From Sanchytrium tribonematis (Eukaryota), in the NCBI GenBank assembly GCA_018985235.1, contig JADGIG010000035.1, forward strand, positions 1-36,011: a stretch of 36,011 bases of DNA, read 5' to 3'. The notes under the pieces are model-generated. The model made no database searches. It was not told the origin of the DNA and was given only the letters and a program-made list of their open reading frames with translations. Positions 29,692-36,011 of the stretch are shown here, piece by piece. Every line of letters starts with the position of its first letter. The stretch's first letter is position 1. The translations under genes were made by a program, and so were the position numbers.

Positions 29692-30459
29692 TTTTGGGCT
29701 TGTTAGAGCTAATAAGCGAGAACGGATCTTGCTTTAAGATGTTACTTTTGTTTCTCGCTGTGATGATGGCTATTGTAAGAGTACCTAAAAAATTCGGAGA
29801 ATCCAATGGGAAATTTAAATCTAGAACTCTCGGACGCGCAAAGCCAAAGCAGGATGATGAATCAATCGAGAAAGATAGCCCATCAGTGCCTATATTGATA
29901 AGTCAAAGACGTCCTGGAAATTACTCCGACAGCGCAAAAGAGGGGTTCACTGAATATTCTGATAGTGCAACTCATAAAAATTCTGTATTTGTGCTTCTGG
30001 CAGTATATTATTTACATTAGTAAAAGTTTTCAAATTTTTCTTTGACATTTGGTCTAAGTTAGAATTCATGCGGTGATTGCCCAACCACATGCCGCCGAGT
30101 CAAGGGGGTCGGTTAGTTTGCCTTGTGTTCACACTTTTGTTCAATTTTGAATAGACAATATAAAATTCGACCTTCTATAAAGTCAAGGCAAGGTAAAGTA
30201 AATGTCTTTTCAAGCTTGAAAGACATTGATTTGCGCTATTTTAAGCAATAACATTGCGGCGCTGATATTTGCAGTTCTTTAATCTAATAAATATCATTAA
30301 AGCTGCTTCACATATCAAATCATTCCACATATGCCAACTATTTCTTCGAAATTGGCGGACAAATCCTCCTCGTTGCGGGACATTTGTTTGTTTTAAACAT
30401 GGTCTATTTTTAGAGTGTCTAAAAATGGGTATAAAATGTAAAGTTTCCCCAATTTATCA

Positions 30460-31458
30460 ATGAGCTCTCAAAACAATCAAGGAATTATCTCAAGCGTAAC
30501 TGAAAAAGCTAAAGAATTAGTTGGCATGGCTGGTGACACAGCCGGTGATGTTAAAAACAGTGCACAATCTCAAGCTAATAGCACTTCTAGACAGGCGAAG
30601 GGTGCTGCTGAAGACACTAAAAATAAGGCTAATTCTCAAGCCAAGGATGTCAAAAGATCTGCTCAACAAACTGCCAATCAGGCTCAAGACAAGACTGAAG
30701 AGGCCGCAAATACTATCACAGGCAAATTGTCAGATACTTACGAATGGGCAACTGGCCAAGGAAAATACTCCAACGAACCTAGTGTCGGAGAAACTGCTGA
30801 AAAGAAATTAGGCCAAGCTAAAAATGAAGCTGGAAGAACAGCAGAAGATAAGAAAGAAAAAATTGGTCAAAGTATTGAACAAACAAAACAAAGAGCAGGT
30901 GAGGTAGCTGAAGATACAAAACAAAATGCTGAAGAAAAGAAAAACATTTTGACAGAAAAAATCGCTGATACCTATGAGTGGGCAACTGGTCAAGGAAAAT
31001 ATTCCGATGAGCCTACTATGGCTGAGACAGCTCAAAAGAAGCTTGGCCAAACTAAGGATAGTGTAGCCGAAACTGCTCAAGAAAAGAAACAAAATTTGGA
31101 TAAATCTGTTGAGAACACTAAGAAAATGGCTGGTGAGAAATATGACAACGCGAAAGAGTATGCACAGGAAACTGCTGATAGTACACAGAAAGCTGCAGAA
31201 GAAAAGAAAAATGTTATCACTGAAAAAGTTACTGACACATATGAGTGGGCAACTGGCCAAGGAAAGTATTCAAACGAGCCAACTATCGGTGAACAGGCTT
31301 CTGACAAACTCTCTGATGCTAAAGAAAATATGCAGTCAAAAGCTAAACAAGCTCAAGACTCTGCAACTGGTACTGCTAAAGAGGCAAAGAAAGACACTAG
31401 ACAAACCGCTCAAAAGGCTAAAAAGGAAACAGACAAAAAGACTGGATTATTCTCTTAA
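30460..31458 (+). CDS. LEA (group 3-like) hydrophilin with internal repeats
   Basis: Rich in A/K/E/T/Q with 11-mer periodicity (e.g. AQETADSTQKA), and three copies of DTYEWATGQGKYSxEP. Confidence 0.8.
   Translation: MSSQNNQGIISSVTEKAKELVGMAGDTAGDVKNSAQSQANSTSRQAKGAAEDTKNKANSQAKDVKRSAQQTANQAQDKTEEAANTITGKLSDTYEWATGQGKYSNEPSVGETAEKKLGQAKNEAGRTAEDKKEKIGQSIEQTKQRAGEVAEDTKQNAEEKKNILTEKIADTYEWATGQGKYSDEPTMAETAQKKLGQTKDSVAETAQEKKQNLDKSVENTKKMAGEKYDNAKEYAQETADSTQKAAEEKKNVITEKVTDTYEWATGQGKYSNEPTIGEQASDKLSDAKENMQSKAKQAQDSATGTAKEAKKDTRQTAQKAKKETDKKTGLFS
30733..31272 (+). repeat. Three copies of a 39-nt coding repeat (DTYEWATGQGKYS) at 30733, 30967 and 31234
   Basis: Identical peptide with only synonymous differences; spacings are 234 and 267 nt. 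Confidence 0.9.
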
Positions 31459-31491
31459 TAAATAAACATATTTTTTATTCTGTCAATCTGC

Positions 31492-32349
31492 TTATATCCA
31501 CTTGTACGAATTTTCTTTAATTTCCATTGCTTCTGTGAGCAATTCAGGCAAAATTTTGCTCATATGTGCATCAATCTTTATGTCGAATTTATCGTCTTTT
31601 CTTGTGGGACCTAGATTGATGCAGCTGGCAAAATTACCTCTCTCTTTGACATAGTGCAAAAATCGAAACGCAGAATAAGTGGTTAGCGTGCTTCCAATAA
31701 CAAGAAGAAAGTCAGAGTTCTCCACTAGTACATCTGCCTTCCTTCGAGTTCTAGTATCTATATTTTCTCCAAAAAATACAACTCTCGGTTTCAAAATTCC
31801 ATTGCACTTTGTACAATTAGGTAGATTAATAAAATCATAAGAATCCAACTCAACTGGTGCATCACCATCTGGGTTCACCCTGTCATTCCACTTCAATTCG
31901 TCTGCTTTTGGGTTTAGATCAGTAAATCTCTGCTGAAATACTTTGCGGTCACTCAAATCGCCGCAGTTTTGACATTGAACCTCAAATAATGAACCGTGAA
32001 GCTCTAGCGGATCACTTCCGGCCTTTTTGTGCAATGAATCTACATTTTGGGTAACAATTGATCCTCCTAAATACTGCAATCGTGTAATATTAAAATGATT
32101 TGGATTGGGATTGGCATTCAAAATTGTTTTCCAACCTAAATAAGATCTTAACCAGTATCTCTTTCTGTTTCTCTCATTTTCCATAAAGTATTGAATCGTA
32201 ATAGGTTTAAAATTCTTATTTACAACGTAAGCACCTTTAGCACCTCTGTAGTCTGGTATATTCGAATCGGTTGAGACTCCCGCACCACACAAAATTACAG
32301 GATGCTTTGCTTTCATAAATTCACTGGCAATCTTCTGAATTGGCGTCAT
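31492..32349 (-). CDS. NAD-dependent sirtuin, class II (SIRT4-like)
   Basis: Motifs GAGVSTDSNIPDYRG, RKRYWLRSYLGW, TQNVDSLHKKAG, ELHGS, Zn Cys pairs, NPDGDA and LKPRVVFFGE. Confidence 0.9.
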   Translation of the reverse strand: MTPIQKIASEFMKAKHPVILCGAGVSTDSNIPDYRGAKGAYVVNKNFKPITIQYFMENERNRKRYWLRSYLGWKTILNANPNPNHFNITRLQYLGGSIVTQNVDSLHKKAGSDPLELHGSLFEVQCQNCGDLSDRKVFQQRFTDLNPKADELKWNDRVNPDGDAPVELDSYDFINLPNCTKCNGILKPRVVFFGENIDTRTRRKADVLVENSDFLLVIGSTLTTYSAFRFLHYVKERGNFASCINLGPTRKDDKFDIKIDAHMSKILPELLTEAMEIKENSYKWI

Positions 32350-32518
32350 CGGAGAAGATGTAATTTCAAACTTTATCGGAAAAGTCCTAAATTTTAAAAC
32401 TATGCAAAGTAGTAAAAATTTTAGCTCAGGTGCTCAATATAACAAATGCCACATACCAAGGACATTTTTGTAATCTTATACCGTCGTGAAATGACTATCT
32501 ATCTTATCAGTGATTGCC

Positions 32519-32527
32519 GACCAATCA
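32519..32527 (+). promoter_or_regulatory. CCAAT box (GACCAATCA) about 55 bp upstream of DBP2
   Basis: Consensus match in the divergent sirtuin/DBP2 promoter. Confidence 0.5.
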
Positions 32528-32532
32528 AATAA

Positions 32533-34359
<1,827 letters not shown>

Positions 34360-34426
34360 TTGTTAGTAAATATTGATTTATTATGAGAAGAATGAAGCTA
34401 CAACAAATAACCTAAACCATTAAAGT

Positions 34427-34735
34427 TTAAAAGCAAATATCAGAAAATTCAATGAAGCCTTTCAACTTGGATCTCAAATCTTCGTTGCTTGTCTGCTTTG
34501 CAAGTCTCTGTGCAAAATCATAATGATAGATTCTTCCGGTGAAGATTTTCACATTCATAAATACCTCGAAATCAAATTCTCGCTCAGAGAATTTGTTTAC
34601 AAAACTGTCTAGGATTTTTTCCACACCGTGTTTCAAACTCTCATCAAAAAGTTGAAATAAAAACAGACTCGCTGATTGGTTGTTTGGAAATAGCCGCTCA
34701 AAGATTAAAATTTGAACATCTCTGATTAACTGCAT
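34427..34735 (-). CDS. Hypothetical protein or gene fragment
   Basis: 102-aa ATG ORF convergent with DBP2; no recognisable motif. Confidence 0.35.
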   Translation of the reverse strand: MQLIRDVQILIFERLFPNNQSASLFLFQLFDESLKHGVEKILDSFVNKFSEREFDFEVFMNVKIFTGRIYHYDFAQRLAKQTSNEDLRSKLKGFIEFSDICF

Positions 34736-35353
34736 TATTTTTCATACTTTTATTTCTTTAGCTATTATTTTTTTAAATTTATTTCGACTCTGTCAAATAT
34801 TATTTAGGGTAGACCTATGCTCTGACCGGGTTTCGAACATCCAATGTCTGAGTTCATTCCTTATTCAAAAACCACATCCAAATTATCAATTTTTAACTTT
34901 GTTGAGTATCTCAAACCCAGAAATATTTAGAGGTAATGAAAAGTGAATTCTATTATTTGAAACTGGAGTCCCAAACATGAAAACTGATGCAAATATCAAA
35001 TCATTTGGTCTGAAAGTATCATACTTATCTTGACAGTTGTTTGAGCAATTTCTCGGTTTTATAAAAAATGTTGTCTTATTACAGACCTCATTTTATCGCG
35101 AAATAGTTAATTTTAAAATCGCTCTAAGTATTCATATTCGAACAAAGAATTATTTTTGTTTTCACAGAGTAACTTGATCTTCTTCTGATGTCAACTTCCT
35201 TAAAAAAAGGCTCCTCGGAATGAAAAAATATCCGGATAACTTTTGTCCTTAACATCACCCCATGTTGTGCAAATTGTCAGCTGATTTAGATGATAGATTG
35301 TCTAAATTTTAGACAGAGTCTTACATAAAGAAATCAGCCTCATTCCTAAGAAT

Positions 35354-35530
35354 ATGAATACTCAGGATCATCGTATTTTAAAAAGATCTGATAGTAAAGT
35401 GTATGGTCAACCTGAAGGTTCCGGATTAGGTGCTCATCAGGAAGAGTTTAAGCCAACAAATCGATTAAGGAGATCAAATAGTATTGGAGAAGAAACATGC
35501 GCTAAATTGTTTGGAACAAATGACATTTAA
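35354..35530 (+). CDS. Possible 58-aa small protein (MNTQDHRILKRSDSKVYGQPEGSGLGAHQEEFKPTNRLRRSNSIGEETCAKLFGTNDI)
   Basis: ATG-TAA ORF just under the track cutoff, followed by AATAAA at about 35538. Confidence 0.35.
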   Translation: MNTQDHRILKRSDSKVYGQPEGSGLGAHQEEFKPTNRLRRSNSIGEETCAKLFGTNDI

Positions 35531-35731
35531 AATATATAATAAAACATTGCCTCAATTTATGAAACTATGAAATAAAAAGACAATTATTGTGACTGTCGTA
35601 AAAATTTAAATGAAGAGGTGTGACTGTTTGTAATGTAATCAAATTGTAAATTAATCATCAAAAAGTTATACTATTGATGCATCATATATTTGAAGGCAAA
35701 ATGGAATTGCAATTTAAAGAAAGTTACAAAC

Positions 35732-36011
35732 ATGGAGGTCAATTCGTCTTTCGTCTTTGATGATGAACAGCCAGTTGTGGAGTATCCAAAGTCTGCTATT
35801 GAAACAATCTTAGAGCAAAAAATCCAAATAAATGATGAGGTTGAATCAGATGATTCCAATAAAGAATCGGAAATGGAGATTGATTCTGCAAGTGAATTAA
35901 GCGAATCTGATGCAGAATCAACTCATTCATTGTCTATTTTTGAACAAGCAGATCCAGTTGATGTAAATAACGCTCAATTTGATAAAATGAATCTAAGTAG
36001 ACCCATTCTAA
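35732..36011 (+). CDS. 5' part of an acidic, low-complexity protein running off the window
   Basis: Frame open from ATG 35732 (MEVNSSFVFDDEQPVVEYPK...) to the window end with D/E/S-rich codons. Confidence 0.6.
   Translation, partial: MEVNSSFVFDDEQPVVEYPKSAIETILEQKIQINDEVESDDSNKESEMEIDSASELSESDAESTHSLSIFEQADPVDVNNAQFDKMNLSRPIL

Noticed and set aside
29694..30020. 108-aa + strand ORF
   Set aside because: Non-ATG start, no recognisable motifs; lies in the RPN11/LEA divergent promoter region.
30808..31465. Alternative-frame and antisense ORFs over the LEA gene, and similar shadow ORFs inside FAB1, DD3-3, LRR, GUF1, RPN11 and DBP2
   Set aside because: Explained by codon bias of the real genes; no independent motifs.
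34740..35670. Transposon remnant
   Set aside because: No terminal repeats, or transposase or reverse transcriptase motifs, could be recognised.

Overview
A very gene-dense, AT-rich eukaryotic window with about 24 protein-coding genes on both strands. All three standard stop codons are used, and many intergenic gaps are only 5-150 bp. Gene content is fungus-like: FAB1, SWI1-like, ORC2, ERG13, PTR2, NUD1/Cdc11-like, RIB1, GUF1, SHY1/SURF1, RPN11, SIRT4-type sirtuin and DBP2, plus DD3-3-like and UNC80-like genes. An early-diverging fungus with a compact genome is the likely source, but that is inference. Three signals stand out. (1) Two GT-AG introns of only 19 nt (PTR2, RPN11) restore conserved motifs exactly and share a fixed T(-8)/A(-6) 3' geometry. 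(2) The only longer intron, 117 nt at the conserved DBP2 intron site, folds almost entirely into one ~91-nt hairpin. The hairpin shortens it to near-tiny size and buries a decoy 3' splice site that would cause an immediate stop, suggesting a helicase-sensing autoregulatory splice switch. (3) An unannotated 38-47 aa ORF ending in CaaX (GGCTIM*), with its own CCAAT box, resembles a lipopeptide pheromone precursor. No rRNA, complete tRNA, CRISPR array or intact mobile element was seen.
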